64,000 nucleotides of DNA from an uncultured Actinomycetota bacterium (GCA_963834245.1 CAWIAV010000002.1:792038-856037), one strand, 5' to 3'; shown: positions 30,523 through 40,196, numbered from the stretch's first letter. Notes: generated by a model from the sequence alone, not told the origin. A program made the numbers and translations.

Positions 30523-31375
30523 GGGCGCCTCCCGGCTGCAGGAACTCTTCGATGACCGGTGCCAGCTCGCCGGCCTCGGTCAGGATGGCCAGGTGGCCGC
30601 CCTGGTAGATGTGCAGCCGGGCTCGCGGGATCAGCCGGGCCTGCAGCCGCGGGTTCGCGACCGGGATGATCGGGTCGTCGTCGCCGCCCATCACCAGCGT
30701 GGGTTGGCGAATCAGCCCGAGGAACGGCAGGCTGGTCCAACCCGTCATGGCGGCGAGCTGGTAGTAGTAGCCGCGCTTCGGGCCGGCTCGAGTGGCATCG
30801 TGCAGGAGCCGGGCCCCGCGCGCGGGGTCGGTGCGCATCGTGCCGCCGTAGATCTCCGAGGCGATGCTCGCGGCGTACGCCGGGTCGCGGTGCCGCCGGG
30901 GGGTCAGCATCTTGGCCAGCACCCGCGGGTGCGCGGGCACCATCAGCGATCCGGTGCCGGTGGCGACCAGCACCACCCGGCGTACCCGCCGCCGAGACTG
31001 CACGGCCAGCTGCTGCGCGAGGCCGCCGCCCCAGGACAGCCCGAGCACGTCGAAGCTCTCGTGCCCCAGCTTCGCCATCAGCGCCGTGACCCAGGAGGAC
31101 AGCGCGGCGATCGGGTAGGGGAGCGGCGGGGCCTGGCTGCCCCCCACGCCGGGGACGTCGAAGCGCACGATGCCCCGGTCCGGGTCGAGCGCCTGGACGA
31201 GGGGGTCGAGGGCCTCGAGGCTGGCGCCGATTCCGTTGCAGAGCAGCAGCGGCGGTTCGTCGGCCAGCGGCCCGCGCGCAGGACGGACGGAGACCCGGGC
31301 CTGGAGCCCGCGCACGGAGACGGTGCGCACCCGGTCACGACCTCGTCGCGTGTCCGCCGTGCCGTCAGCGGTCAT
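30515..31375 (-). CDS. phaZ: Intracellular poly(3-hydroxyalkanoate) depolymerase, Pseudomonas PhaZ type
   Basis: 'NGIGASLE', 'FDVPGVGGS', lipase box 'GLSWGG', 'DDPIIP', 'GGHL' match Pseudomonas mcl-PhaZ motifs; directly follows phaC. Confidence 0.88.
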   Translation of the reverse strand: MTADGTADTRRGRDRVRTVSVRGLQARVSVRPARGPLADEPPLLLCNGIGASLEALDPLVQALDPDRGIVRFDVPGVGGSQAPPLPYPIAALSSWVTALMAKLGHESFDVLGLSWGGGLAQQLAVQSRRRVRRVVLVATGTGSLMVPAHPRVLAKMLTPRRHRDPAYAASIASEIYGGTMRTDPARGARLLHDATRAGPKRGYYYQLAAMTGWTSLPFLGLIRQPTLVMGGDDDPIIPVANPRLQARLIPRARLHIYQGGHLAILTEAGELAPVIEEFLQPGGAHD

Positions 31376-33083
31376 GGACGTACGTGCCCGGGGCATCGCA
31401 CACGGGCTCGTACGCCGCCGATCCGAGCCGGCGCGGTTTGTTGCGTTCCGGGCCGGTGCGCTCGGCCAGCCATTCGACGTAGTCCTCCCACCAGCTGCCC
31501 TTGACCTTGCTCGCCCCCGCCAGCCACTCCTGCGCGTCCGCGGGGTTCTCCGCAGCGGTCTGGAAGCTGGCCTTGGGGTTGCCGGGCGGATTGACCATGG
31601 CGGCGATGTGACCGCTGGTGGAGAGCACGAACTTGCTGTTGCCGCCGAACAGCTGGGTGCTCTGGTAGCAGGACTGCCACTTGCAGAGATGGTCCGCGAT
31701 CCCGGCCACGACGTAGGAGTCCACGTCGATCTTCCCGAGGTCGACCTCGGAGCCGAGCATCCGCGAAGCGCCGGGCTCGGTGAGGGCGTTGCGGATCGCG
31801 AGGTCCATGAAGTCGCGGTGCATCGCGGCGCTCATCCGCACCGGATCGGCGTTCCAGTAGAGGATGTCGAACGCCTTGGGGGGATAGCCGAGCAGGTAGT
31901 TGTTGACCCAGTAGTTCCAGATCAGGTCGTTGGGACGCAGCCAGGCGAACACCTCTGCGAGCACGCGGCCGTCGAGGTAGCCCTTCTCAGCCGAGGCCCG
32001 GGTCGACGCTGCGGCAGCCTTGTGCGAGAGCAGAGCGTTGGGGAGCCCTGCTTGTTCCTGGTCGAGCACCGTGACGGCCAGGCTGTACGCCGCGACCCGG
32101 TCCAGCTCGCCGATCGCGGCGAGGTGCGCCATCACCATCGAGGCCAGCATCCCCCCGGAGCAGATGCCCAGGATGGCGACCTTGTCCTGGCGCGAGATCT
32201 TCTCGGCGGCGGTCATGGCCTCGAGGATCGCCTCGCCGTAGGTGTCCAGCCCCCACGCGGCGTGCCGGGCGTCGGGGTTGCGCCACGAGATGCAGTAGAC
32301 CTGCTGGCCGTGGGCGACGAGGTGCTCGACCAGGCTGCGCTGCTCGGCGAGGTCGATCACGTAGTACTTGTTGATCGTCGGCGGGACGATCAACAGCGGG
32401 ACGGTGCGGACCTTCGGTGTCTGCGGCGCGTACTGGATCAGCTCGAAGACGTCGGTGCGCAGCACCACCTGGCCGGGCGTGATCGCGAGATCGGTGCCCA
32501 CCTCGAAGGCGTCGGGCTCGACCATGGACGGCACGCGCGGCGCCGTGGCGAAGTCGCGCACGAAGCGTCGCCCGCCGGCGAACAGGTTGCCGCCGCCGGT
32601 GTCGATGACCCGCTTGAGCACCTTGGGGTTGAGCGCCGGGTTGTTGCTCGGCGCCGACGCCTCCACGAGGTTGTCGACGATGAACCGCATCCGCTGCTCG
32701 TCGCCCCAACCGAGCTCGGCGTCGTCGACGAGGCCGCGCGCGGCGTCACCCACCGCCAGATAGCCCTGCAGCGTGCGCTTGAGCAACGGGTTCTTGGCCC
32801 AGCCCTCCTCGGCGAAGCGGCGGTCCTTCTCGTGCGGCGCCACGCTGGAGCGACCCAGACCCACCTTGGCGAGCTCGGCGGCCAGCCCGGCTCCACGGCG
32901 TACGACGCGGCCGGGACGGCGCGCCAGACCGGCGGTGAAGCGGACACCCGACATGCCCGGCAGGAACCTGCGGACCGGGCTGGTGGTGGCGTCGGCCAGC
33001 AGCAGGTCGAGCGGCGTGGACACCTCCACGCGACCGTCGTCGACCTCGTCCACGCGGGTCTGTTGCTCGGAAGCGGTGCTCAC
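31365..33083 (-). CDS. phaC: Class II-type poly(3-hydroxyalkanoate) synthase
   Basis: '[12 protein letters not shown]', 'ISWRNP', catalytic Cys box 'GICSGG', '[19 protein letters not shown]', 'ADH', 'SGHIA', 'GSWW', 'APGTYV'. Confidence 0.93.
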   Translation of the reverse strand: MSTASEQQTRVDEVDDGRVEVSTPLDLLLADATTSPVRRFLPGMSGVRFTAGLARRPGRVVRRGAGLAAELAKVGLGRSSVAPHEKDRRFAEEGWAKNPLLKRTLQGYLAVGDAARGLVDDAELGWGDEQRMRFIVDNLVEASAPSNNPALNPKVLKRVIDTGGGNLFAGGRRFVRDFATAPRVPSMVEPDAFEVGTDLAITPGQVVLRTDVFELIQYAPQTPKVRTVPLLIVPPTINKYYVIDLAEQRSLVEHLVAHGQQVYCISWRNPDARHAAWGLDTYGEAILEAMTAAEKISRQDKVAILGICSGGMLASMVMAHLAAIGELDRVAAYSLAVTVLDQEQAGLPNALLSHKAAAASTRASAEKGYLDGRVLAEVFAWLRPNDLIWNYWVNNYLLGYPPKAFDILYWNADPVRMSAAMHRDFMDLAIRNALTEPGASRMLGSEVDLGKIDVDSYVVAGIADHLCKWQSCYQSTQLFGGNSKFVLSTSGHIAAMVNPPGNPKASFQTAAENPADAQEWLAGASKVKGSWWEDYVEWLAERTGPERNKPRRLGSAAYEPVCDAPGTYVHDR

Positions 33084-34582
33084 GCCTCGGCACCCTTGGG
33101 CGCCTCGACCTCGCGGCGCAGGATCTTGCCAGTGGGTCCCTTCGGCAGCTCATCGACGAGCCACACGGCCCGGGGGTACTTGTAGGCCGCGAGGCGCTCC
33201 TTGGCGAAGGCCTGGAGCTCGTCCTCGGTGGCCGAGGCGCCCTGCTTGAGGGCCACGGCTGCTCCGATCTCCTCGCCCATGTCGTCGTCGGGGATGCCGA
33301 TGACGGCGACCTCGGCGACGGCCTCGTGCTCGTAGAGCGCCTCCTCGACCTCGCGTGGGTAGACGTTGTAGCCCCCTCGGATGATCAGGTCCTTCTTGCG
33401 GTCGACGATGAAGAAGTAGCCGTCCTCGTCCACCTTGGCCAGGTCGCCGGAGTGGAACCACCCGTCCACGATGGCCTCGGCGGTGGCGTCCTCGCGGCCC
33501 CAGTAGCCCTTCATGATGTTCTCGCCCTTGATGGCGATCTCCCCGACCTCGCCCTGAGCGACATCCTTGCGGTCGTCGTCGACGACCTTCATCTCCACGC
33601 CGCGGACCGGGGTGCCGATCGACCCGGGCTTGCGCTCCTGGCCGGGCTGGTTGAAGGAGGCGACCGGTGAGGTCTCGGAGAGTCCGTAGCCCTCGAGCAC
33701 GACGCAGTCGAACGCCTCCTCGAACTTCTTCATCACCTCGACCGGCATCGCCGAGCCGCCGGAGATGCAGGTGCGCAGGCTGGACATGTCCGCGTCCTCG
33801 GCGCCCTCGGCGTGCAGCATCGCGGCGTACATGGTCGGGACGCCCTCGAACACGGTCACCCGGTCTCGGGCGATCACCTCGAGTGCCTTGTCGGGGTCGA
33901 AACGCGGGATCAGGGTGAGGCAGGCGCCCTTGAGCACGGAGGCGTTGAGGCCGCAGGTGAGGCCGAAGACGTGGAAGAGCGGCAGGCAGCCCATGATCAC
34001 GTCGTCCTCGGTGATCTCGATCAGGGTCTCGGCGCTCGTCGCGGCGTTGGAGACCATGTTGTGGTGGGTCAGCTCGGCGCCCTTGGGCTGCCCGGTGGTC
34101 CCGGAGGTGTAGAGGAGCACGACGTTGTCGTCGTCGGCGCGGTCGACGACCTCCTCGTCCGGCTCGTGCTGGGCGAGCAGCTCGAGGAACCCGGTCGGCT
34201 CCACGCTGATGCACTCGATGCCGACGGCATCAGCGCCCTTGCCGGCCTCCTCGGCCATGTCCTGCCAGGCGAAGACGAGAGAGGCACCCGAGTCCTCGAG
34301 GTAGTACTTCACCTCGCGTCCCTTGAGCAGCGGGTTCATCGGTACGACGACCGCACCCATCGAGATCGCGCCGTAGAAGATCGCCGGGTAGTGCGGGACG
34401 TTGGGCAGGACCATGCCGACCCGGTCCCCGGGCTTCACCCCCTTGCTCTTCAACAGCGCCGCGACGCGACGGGCGCCGTCCTGGAGCTGCTGGTAGGTGA
34501 GCACGGTGTCGTCGAGCTTGATCGCCGGACGGTCGGGGTGCTGCTCGGCGCTCTTGGTCAGGTTGTCGGCCAGGTTGGTCAC
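33080..34582 (-). CDS. Long-chain fatty acid-CoA ligase
   Basis: AMP-binding '[11 protein letters not shown]', 'EGYGLSET', 'SGDL', '[11 protein letters not shown]', 'KGPTGKI'. GGAGG RBS before GTG 34582. Confidence 0.94.
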   Translation of the reverse strand: MTNLADNLTKSAEQHPDRPAIKLDDTVLTYQQLQDGARRVAALLKSKGVKPGDRVGMVLPNVPHYPAIFYGAISMGAVVVPMNPLLKGREVKYYLEDSGASLVFAWQDMAEEAGKGADAVGIECISVEPTGFLELLAQHEPDEEVVDRADDDNVVLLYTSGTTGQPKGAELTHHNMVSNAATSAETLIEITEDDVIMGCLPLFHVFGLTCGLNASVLKGACLTLIPRFDPDKALEVIARDRVTVFEGVPTMYAAMLHAEGAEDADMSSLRTCISGGSAMPVEVMKKFEEAFDCVVLEGYGLSETSPVASFNQPGQERKPGSIGTPVRGVEMKVVDDDRKDVAQGEVGEIAIKGENIMKGYWGREDATAEAIVDGWFHSGDLAKVDEDGYFFIVDRKKDLIIRGGYNVYPREVEEALYEHEAVAEVAVIGIPDDDMGEEIGAAVALKQGASATEDELQAFAKERLAAYKYPRAVWLVDELPKGPTGKILRREVEAPKGAEA

Positions 34583-34774
34583 GGGTTGCCTCCAGGCGTC
34601 GTGTGTCGGTCGTGCCGGGCTCGAGCGGGCTGTTCGAGCCGCGCGAGGTGCGTGGTCTGGGATCGTTACCGTTTCCACTACCCACTGTGGCCGGCGTCAC
34701 ACTCGAACGTACACAGCGCTCAGTGACTTCTTGGATTCGTGGGTGCGGGCTCACCGCCCGTAGACTCGCCGCCC

Positions 34775-35851
34775 GTGGCACTCACCATCGGAATCGTCGG
34801 TCTCCCCAACGCGGGCAAGTCGACCCTCTTCAACGCCCTGACCAAGAACAACGTGCTCGCGGCGAACTACCCGTTCGCGACGATCGAGCCGAACGTGGGC
34901 GTGGTCGGAGTGCCGGACGAGCGCCTCGGCAAGCTCGCGGAGATCTTCGGCTCGGCCAAGGTCCTTCCCGCGACCGTCGAGTTCGTCGACATCGCCGGCA
35001 TCGTCGCCGGCGCCTCCCAGGGGGAGGGCCTCGGCAACAAGTTCCTCTCCCACATCCGGGAGTCCTCGGCGATCTGCCAGGTGACCCGGGTCTTCCGCGA
35101 CGAGGACGTCACCCACGTGGACGGCGAGGTGAACCCCGAGTCCGACATCTCCACGATCCAGACCGAGATGATCCTGGCGGACCTCCAGACCGTGGAGAAG
35201 GCGATCCCGCGGCTGGAGAAGGAGGCGCGCGGCAACAAGGCGCTGAACGCCAACCTCGACGCGGCGCGCGAGGTCAAGGAGCACCTCGAGGCCGGTACGC
35301 CGGTCATCTCCACCAAGGTCGACCGTGAGCTGGTCCGCGAGCTGTCGCTGCTGACTGCGAAGCCCTACATCTACGTCTTCAACTGCGACGCCGACGAGCT
35401 CGGCGACGAGGGCCTGAAGCAGAAGATGCGCGACATCGTCGCCCCGGCCGAGGCGATCTTCCTCGACGCGAAGTTCGAGGCCGAGCTGGTCGAGCTCGGC
35501 GACGACGACGAGGCCCGCGAGATGCTCGCCGAGATGGGCGTGCAGGAGCCCGGGCTCGACGTACTCGCCCGCGTCGGCTTCGACACCCTCGGTCTGCAGA
35601 CCTACCTGACCGCCGGGCCCAAGGAAGCGCGCGCCTGGACGATCAAGAAGGGCGCCACCGCACCCGAGGCCGCCGGTGTGATCCACACGGACTTCCAGAA
35701 GGGCTTCATCAAGGCCGAGATCGTCTCCTACGACGACCTCGTCGCCGCGGGCTCGATGGCCACCGCCAAGTCGGCCGGCAAGGTCCGCATGGAGGGCAAG
35801 GACTACGTCATGGCCGACGGTGACGTGGTGGAGTTCCGCTTCAACGTGTGA
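34775..35851 (+). CDS. ychF: Redox-regulated ATPase YchF
   Basis: 'GIVGLPNAGKSTLFNAL', 'ANYPFATIEPN', 'DIAG', 'EGLGNKFL', 'GKDY.M.DGDVVEFRFNV'. TAGACT lies 8 nt upstream. Confidence 0.97.
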   Translation: MALTIGIVGLPNAGKSTLFNALTKNNVLAANYPFATIEPNVGVVGVPDERLGKLAEIFGSAKVLPATVEFVDIAGIVAGASQGEGLGNKFLSHIRESSAICQVTRVFRDEDVTHVDGEVNPESDISTIQTEMILADLQTVEKAIPRLEKEARGNKALNANLDAAREVKEHLEAGTPVISTKVDRELVRELSLLTAKPYIYVFNCDADELGDEGLKQKMRDIVAPAEAIFLDAKFEAELVELGDDDEAREMLAEMGVQEPGLDVLARVGFDTLGLQTYLTAGPKEARAWTIKKGATAPEAAGVIHTDFQKGFIKAEIVSYDDLVAAGSMATAKSAGKVRMEGKDYVMADGDVVEFRFNV

Positions 35852-35855
35852 ATCG
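35833..35855 (+). repeat. 23-bp direct repeat, left copy (attL-like), covering the ychF 3' end
   Basis: GTTCCGCTTCAACGTGTGAATCG, identical to 37509-37531. Confidence 0.9.
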
Positions 35856-35900
35856 GCGCGTTTGCGCAGGTCAGAGGGGGTATGACGCCCGACCATCGGG

Positions 35901-36030
35901 TCGGAGTCCGTTGAGATCTCAGAACTGAAGAAGGCCGTGGTGCGGTCGCGCGCGGCCGAGCTGGAGGCGGACCCGTCGATCGGTCTGACCTGGACGAACT
36001 GGACGCACGGCTGGCTTCGCGCTCGGGCCA
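35901..36030 (+). pseudogene. Possible remnant of an addiction-module antitoxin (TIGR02574-like)
   Basis: With one base restored, translates as 'EISELKKAVVRSRAAELEADPSIGLTW-DELDARLASR', resembling that family's C-terminus. No start codon. Confidence 0.35.
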
Positions 36031-36057
36031 GACGCGTCTGACTGAGACGACATTCAA

Positions 36058-36107
36058 ATGTTTCTCATTATTGACTTTCAGAGTTGAATGACTAAAATGA
36101 GAAACAT
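36058..36107 (+). promoter_or_regulatory. TA operon promoter embedded in a 23-bp inverted repeat (operator)
   Basis: Arms 36058-36080 and 36085-36107 match at 19 of 23 positions, the outer 12 bp perfectly, with a 4-nt spacer. Contains -35 TTGACT (36071-76) and -10 TAAAAT (36093-98). Confidence 0.82.
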
Positions 36108-36568
36108 GCCAGCCCCTAGCCCGTACACGAGTGCCCGAGCAACAGGCGGACCTCGAACGCCTGGGCGCCCGGCTGCGCGAACGCCGAAAGGCCCTCGGTG
36201 TCACGGTAGTCGCCTGTGCCGAAGCTGCTGGCGTTTCGCGCGTCACCCTGCACAGGATCGAGACAGGCAACCCCTCGGTCACGATCGGCGCCTACATCAA
36301 CGTTGCCGCCGCACTCGGACTCCACCTCGTCGTCCCGATCCTCGACGCTCCAGCAGCAGAACCGGCGACGATCACGGTCGGCGACTACCCCGGCCTCCGC
36401 ACGCTGGCCTGGCAGACCGACGCCGGCACCACCATCACCGAGACGGAGGCACTCAACCTCTACGAACGCGGCTGGCGACACCTCAACCAGGAAGGCCTCA
36501 CCGATCACGAGAAGGCGTTCATCCAGCACCTCGCGGACACCTACAGCAACGGGAGGCTCCTTGTTTAG
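36106..36568 (+). CDS. XRE-family HTH protein, putative antitoxin (ATG 36106 needs one indel near 36133; otherwise GTG 36131)
   Basis: 'LGARLRERRKALG..AEAAGVSRVTLHRIETGNPSVT.GAY' HTH plus C-terminal 'DYPGLRTLAWQ..EALNLYERGWRHL'. Its stop overlaps the toxin start. Confidence 0.82.
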
Positions 36569-37283
36569 GCGGCTGCACCACCAACAGGTGGCCGAGGTGC
36601 TGTCGATCCTCGACGCACCGCTCCTGGCCGAGCACAACTGCTGGTTCGGAGGCGGGACCGCGATCGTCCTCGCCAACGGTGAGTTCCGCGAATCGGTCGA
36701 CATCGACTTCCTGGTCTCCGACCCGCAGTCCTACCGCGCGCTGCGCCAGATGGTCAGGGACCACGGGCTCGACGCTCTGGCCACACGCGAACTGGACCTG
36801 GGTCGAACACCCTCTGTTGACGGTTACGGGATCAGGACCTCGGTGCTCGTAGCAGGGGTTGCGATCAAGTTCGAGATCATCCATGAAGGCCGCATCGACC
36901 TCGACACTCCCTCCCCGGACGATGAGATCTGCGGGTTACGGATCCTGACGCGAACAGACCAGGTCGCAACCAAGCTGCTCGCCAATGACGACCGCTGGGC
37001 AGACACGTCGACGTTCAGCCGCGACCTCATCGACCTGGCCATGATGAAACCCGACACCGCCGCCCTGAAGGCCGGCGCGCGCAAGGCGGTCGATGCGTAC
37101 GGCAAGACGGTTGGCGAGAGCCTCAACAAAGCAGTCACCTACCTCCGAGATCGCCCGCAACGTCTCGACGAATACATCCGAGCACTCAAGATCGACGCGC
37201 CCCGAGCAGTTGTCTGGCAGAGCATCCGCGACTTGTCCGCAAGATCCGCGAAGATCGAAGGTCTGGGTCGGGGCTCGGACTAG
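36561..37283 (+). CDS. AbiEii/DUF1814-type nucleotidyltransferase, putative toxin
   Basis: TTG start after GGGAGG; 'FGGGTAIVL..FRESVDIDF', 'KLLANDDR', 'SRDLIDL' are AbiEii motifs. Confidence 0.85.
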   Translation: MFRRLHHQQVAEVLSILDAPLLAEHNCWFGGGTAIVLANGEFRESVDIDFLVSDPQSYRALRQMVRDHGLDALATRELDLGRTPSVDGYGIRTSVLVAGVAIKFEIIHEGRIDLDTPSPDDEICGLRILTRTDQVATKLLANDDRWADTSTFSRDLIDLAMMKPDTAALKAGARKAVDAYGKTVGESLNKAVTYLRDRPQRLDEYIRALKIDAPRAVVWQSIRDLSARSAKIEGLGRGSD

Positions 37284-37508
37284 CCTGACGGCATGTCGGT
37301 GAGTCCGACGCCGGCGACAGTGAGTCCGCGACGAATGACCTCATGGTCTCCGACCGTCCAGCGGTCCGCAAACAGTCCGCAAGAAGTCACGCGGAGCCGT
37401 TTCTGACCAACGGCTGCCAACGACTCATGGACGGCGTTCGCCCAGGTCAGAGACCCTTTTCCGGCTGTTTTCAGCGATGATCGAAGGGGGCCGAAACACC
37501 CGGTTTTC

Positions 37509-37531
37509 GTTCCGCTTCAACGTGTGAATCG
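37509..37531 (+). repeat. 23-bp direct repeat, right copy (attR-like)
   Basis: GTTCCGCTTCAACGTGTGAATCG, identical to 35833-35855. Confidence 0.9.
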
Positions 37532-37680
37532 ACCCGCTTCGCTGGCCAGAAGGCCGGTGCGTCCAGTCGGCGCGGAGCCCGCGAGGGACTCACGGGACCG
37601 GGGTCGCTCCCGTCGGCTTCGGCCAGCCGGGGAGTCCGAACGGCTCCCTCGCAGCAGCCCTCGCGATCTACGATCGCCTC

Positions 37681-40179
37681 ATGCTGCTCGACCGGAGCGC
37701 GGACCTCGCGTCGTTCGCTGCTTGGTCGGCGGACGCCTGCGACGGCAGGAGTTCTGTCGTCCTCGTGGAAGGTGAGGCTGGATCGGGTAAGACGAGTCTC
37801 GTCCGCAGTGGCACGAGCGCCTTCGAGTCCTGGTGGGGCTGGTGCGACCCCCTCGACACTCCTCGGCCCCTCGGCCCTTTGTTCGATCTGGCGCCGGTCG
37901 CAGGCTTGACGGTCGGCAAGGACCCCTTCGAGGCGTACGACGCGTTACTGGGGGTGCTGCGTGACCGGGCCACACCGGTCGCGGTGGTCCTGGAGGACCT
38001 CCACTGGGCAGACGACGCGACGCTCGCCATGCTGCAGTTCCTCGGTCGCCGGCTCGATGGGTGCCGAGCGTTGGTGGTCGCGACCTATCGAGGTGACGAG
38101 GTGGGACCCGCTCTTCGGCGGGTGCTGGGCGACCTCGCGCGACTCGGAGATCGCGTCCACCGGATCGGGGTCGGACCGCTGTCGCCGGCGGCCGTGGCCG
38201 TGCTGACGGAGGGCACGGGGCTCGACCCTGTCGAGGTCCTGGAGGTCACCAAGGGCAACGCCTTCTTCGTCACCGAGGTCGTCGCTGGCGGGGGTGGGAT
38301 CACCGAGACCGTGGCAGACGCGGTGCTCGCCCGCGTGCAGGCCCTCCCGGAAGGCACGCGCGAGCTCCTGGAGCTGGTCTCGGCGGAGCCGGGCGGGCTG
38401 GACGTGGGTTCGGTCCCGCACTCCGACCGGGCCAACGGCCTGCTGGTGGACATCGGTGAACGGATCGCCTTCCGTCACGAGCTGGCCCGGCGCGCCGTCT
38501 ACGACCATCTGCCGCTCGTTCGCCGCCGTCAGCTGCACCGACGCCTGCTCGAGAGCCTGGCCGGCTCGGTCGACCTGGCACGCATGGCTCACCACGCGGT
38601 GGGGACCGGGGATCCGGACACCATCGTGACGCACTGCCGACCGGCCGCCGAGGAGGCCGTCGTGCGCGGCGCCAACCGCCAGGCGGCCGGCTTCCTCAGC
38701 GCTCTGGTCGACCAGGAAGAGAGCTTGTCACCGCGGGACCACATCGAGGTGCGCGATCGGCTCGGTGTCGTGCTGGGTGCGCTCGACCGCCATGCCGATG
38801 CGGTCAGCCATCTGCAGAGCGCTCTGGAACAGGCCGAACGGATCGGCGACGACAGGGCGCGCGGTCGAGTCCTGTCTCACCTCGCCGCGGCACAGTGGCG
38901 CGCCGGCGACGTCGCCGCGTCCGCCCTGCTTCGCGAGCGGGCCGTGGAGGTCCTCCAACCTCTCGGGCCCACGGCGGAGCTGGCGGCCGCCCTGACCTAC
39001 TCCGCGCGCGGCCGGATGCTGGCGCGCCATCACGAGCCGGCCCTGGAGCGCGTTGCCGCGGCTGAAACCGTCGCTGCCGAGGTCGGGGACGAGTCCGCCG
39101 CCACGGCGGCAAGACTGTTGCTCGGCACGATCGAGCTGGTGACCGGAGACCCTGACCGCGGCATCGCGCACCTCACCGGCGTCCTCGCCGAGGCGCGAGC
39201 ACGAAGAGATCCGGTCCTGGAGGTGGATGCGCTGCGCATGCTGGGCAGTGGAGCCGGCGAGGCCCGGCGGTACGAGGACGCCTTCCCCTGGGCGCAGCAG
39301 CTCGTCGACAGCTCCCTCAGCCGGGACAACGACTTCGACGTCGCCTACGCGCGGGCGTGGCAGGCCCGCATCCGCTTCGAGCAGGGGCGGTGGGAGGAGG
39401 CGGCGACGCTGGCGGCTGCGGTGAGCGCTGACCACGGTGCGCCGGTCAACCGCTCCACGGTCCTGGGCGTCGTCGGCCGCCTGCGAGTGCGACGTGGCGA
39501 TCCTCGGCCCCTCGAACCGCTGGCAGAGGTGCTTCGGCTCGGGGGACTGGAGCTCCAGCACCGGTGGCCAGGGCTGTGTGGTGCCGCGGAACAGCACTGG
39601 CTCGCGGGCGACCACTGCGTCGGCGTCGAGGTCCTCCAGCAGCCATACCTGCAGGCACTCGAGACCGACAGCAGATGGGCACAGGGCGAGATCGGCTACT
39701 GGCTGTGGCGCAACGGCGGCATCGACGAGGCGCCCCCGCTGGCGGCGGAGCCGTTCGCGGCGCACATGTGCGGAGACTGGGCGGCGGCTGCGGAGGCCTG
39801 GGAGAGGATCGGGTGCCCCTACGAACGGGCGCTCGCACTGGTGGACGGCGACGCCGACGCGGTCGCCGAAGGGGTCGCCATCCTCGACCGGTTGGGCGCC
39901 CGCCCCGCCGCAGCCTGGACGAGGCGTCGACTTGCCAGCCGGGGGCTGCCGGTGCCACGTCCGGCCCGTACGCAGACGCTGGAGAACCCCTGGGGGATGA
40001 CGGAGCGCGAAGCCGAGATCCACCAACTCGTCCTCGACGGCCTGGACAACCCGACCATCGCCTCCCGGCTGTTCATCTCCCGGCGCACCGTCGAGCACCA
40101 TGTCTCCGCCGTGCTCCGCAAGCGCGGCGTCACCCGACGTGACGAGCTCCTGGGTGAGGCCGGGCCCTCACCTGGGTGA
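37681..40179 (+). CDS. Large ATP-binding LuxR-family regulator (AAA ATPase, TPR-like region, LuxR HTH)
   Basis: Walker A 'GEAGSGKT', 'LEDLHWADDAT', 'TKGNAFFV', C-terminal 'MTEREAEI..GLDNPTIASRLFISRRTVEHHVSAVLRK'. Confidence 0.92.
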   Translation: MLLDRSADLASFAAWSADACDGRSSVVLVEGEAGSGKTSLVRSGTSAFESWWGWCDPLDTPRPLGPLFDLAPVAGLTVGKDPFEAYDALLGVLRDRATPVAVVLEDLHWADDATLAMLQFLGRRLDGCRALVVATYRGDEVGPALRRVLGDLARLGDRVHRIGVGPLSPAAVAVLTEGTGLDPVEVLEVTKGNAFFVTEVVAGGGGITETVADAVLARVQALPEGTRELLELVSAEPGGLDVGSVPHSDRANGLLVDIGERIAFRHELARRAVYDHLPLVRRRQLHRRLLESLAGSVDLARMAHHAVGTGDPDTIVTHCRPAAEEAVVRGANRQAAGFLSALVDQEESLSPRDHIEVRDRLGVVLGALDRHADAVSHLQSALEQAERIGDDRARGRVLSHLAAAQWRAGDVAASALLRERAVEVLQPLGPTAELAAALTYSARGRMLARHHEPALERVAAAETVAAEVGDESAATAARLLLGTIELVTGDPDRGIAHLTGVLAEARARRDPVLEVDALRMLGSGAGEARRYEDAFPWAQQLVDSSLSRDNDFDVAYARAWQARIRFEQGRWEEAATLAAAVSADHGAPVNRSTVLGVVGRLRVRRGDPRPLEPLAEVLRLGGLELQHRWPGLCGAAEQHWLAGDHCVGVEVLQQPYLQALETDSRWAQGEIGYWLWRNGGIDEAPPLAAEPFAAHMCGDWAAAAEAWERIGCPYERALALVDGDADAVAEGVAILDRLGARPAAAWTRRRLASRGLPVPRPARTQTLENPWGMTEREAEIHQLVLDGLDNPTIASRLFISRRTVEHHVSAVLRKRGVTRRDELLGEAGPSPG

Positions 40180-40196
40180 GGCTCACGGATGTGAGG
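40149..40196. promoter_or_regulatory. Clustered GTGAGG/CTCAC boxes upstream of the DUF4242 gene
   Basis: CCTGGGTGAGGC occurs at 40149-60 and 40171-82 (22-bp period), with a further GTGAGG at 40191-96 and inverted CTCAC copies. Confidence 0.4.

Larger units (their letters stand above)
35833..37531. mobile_element. Integrase-less genomic islet at the ychF 3' end carrying a toxin-antitoxin pair
   Basis: Bounded by 23-bp direct repeats that duplicate the last ychF codons. Visibly more A/T-rich with atypical codons; no recombinase inside. Confidence 0.8.

Noticed and set aside
36088-36852. 254-aa ORF overlapping the TA pair
   Set aside because: Only 'MPAPSPYTS' from ATG 36106 is plausible, as the frameshifted antitoxin start; the remainder is an alternative frame.
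35856-37508. Search for an integrase, resolvase or transposase in or beside the islet
   Set aside because: No tyrosine- or serine-recombinase or DDE motifs were recognised in any listed ORF, so it is not called an autonomous element.
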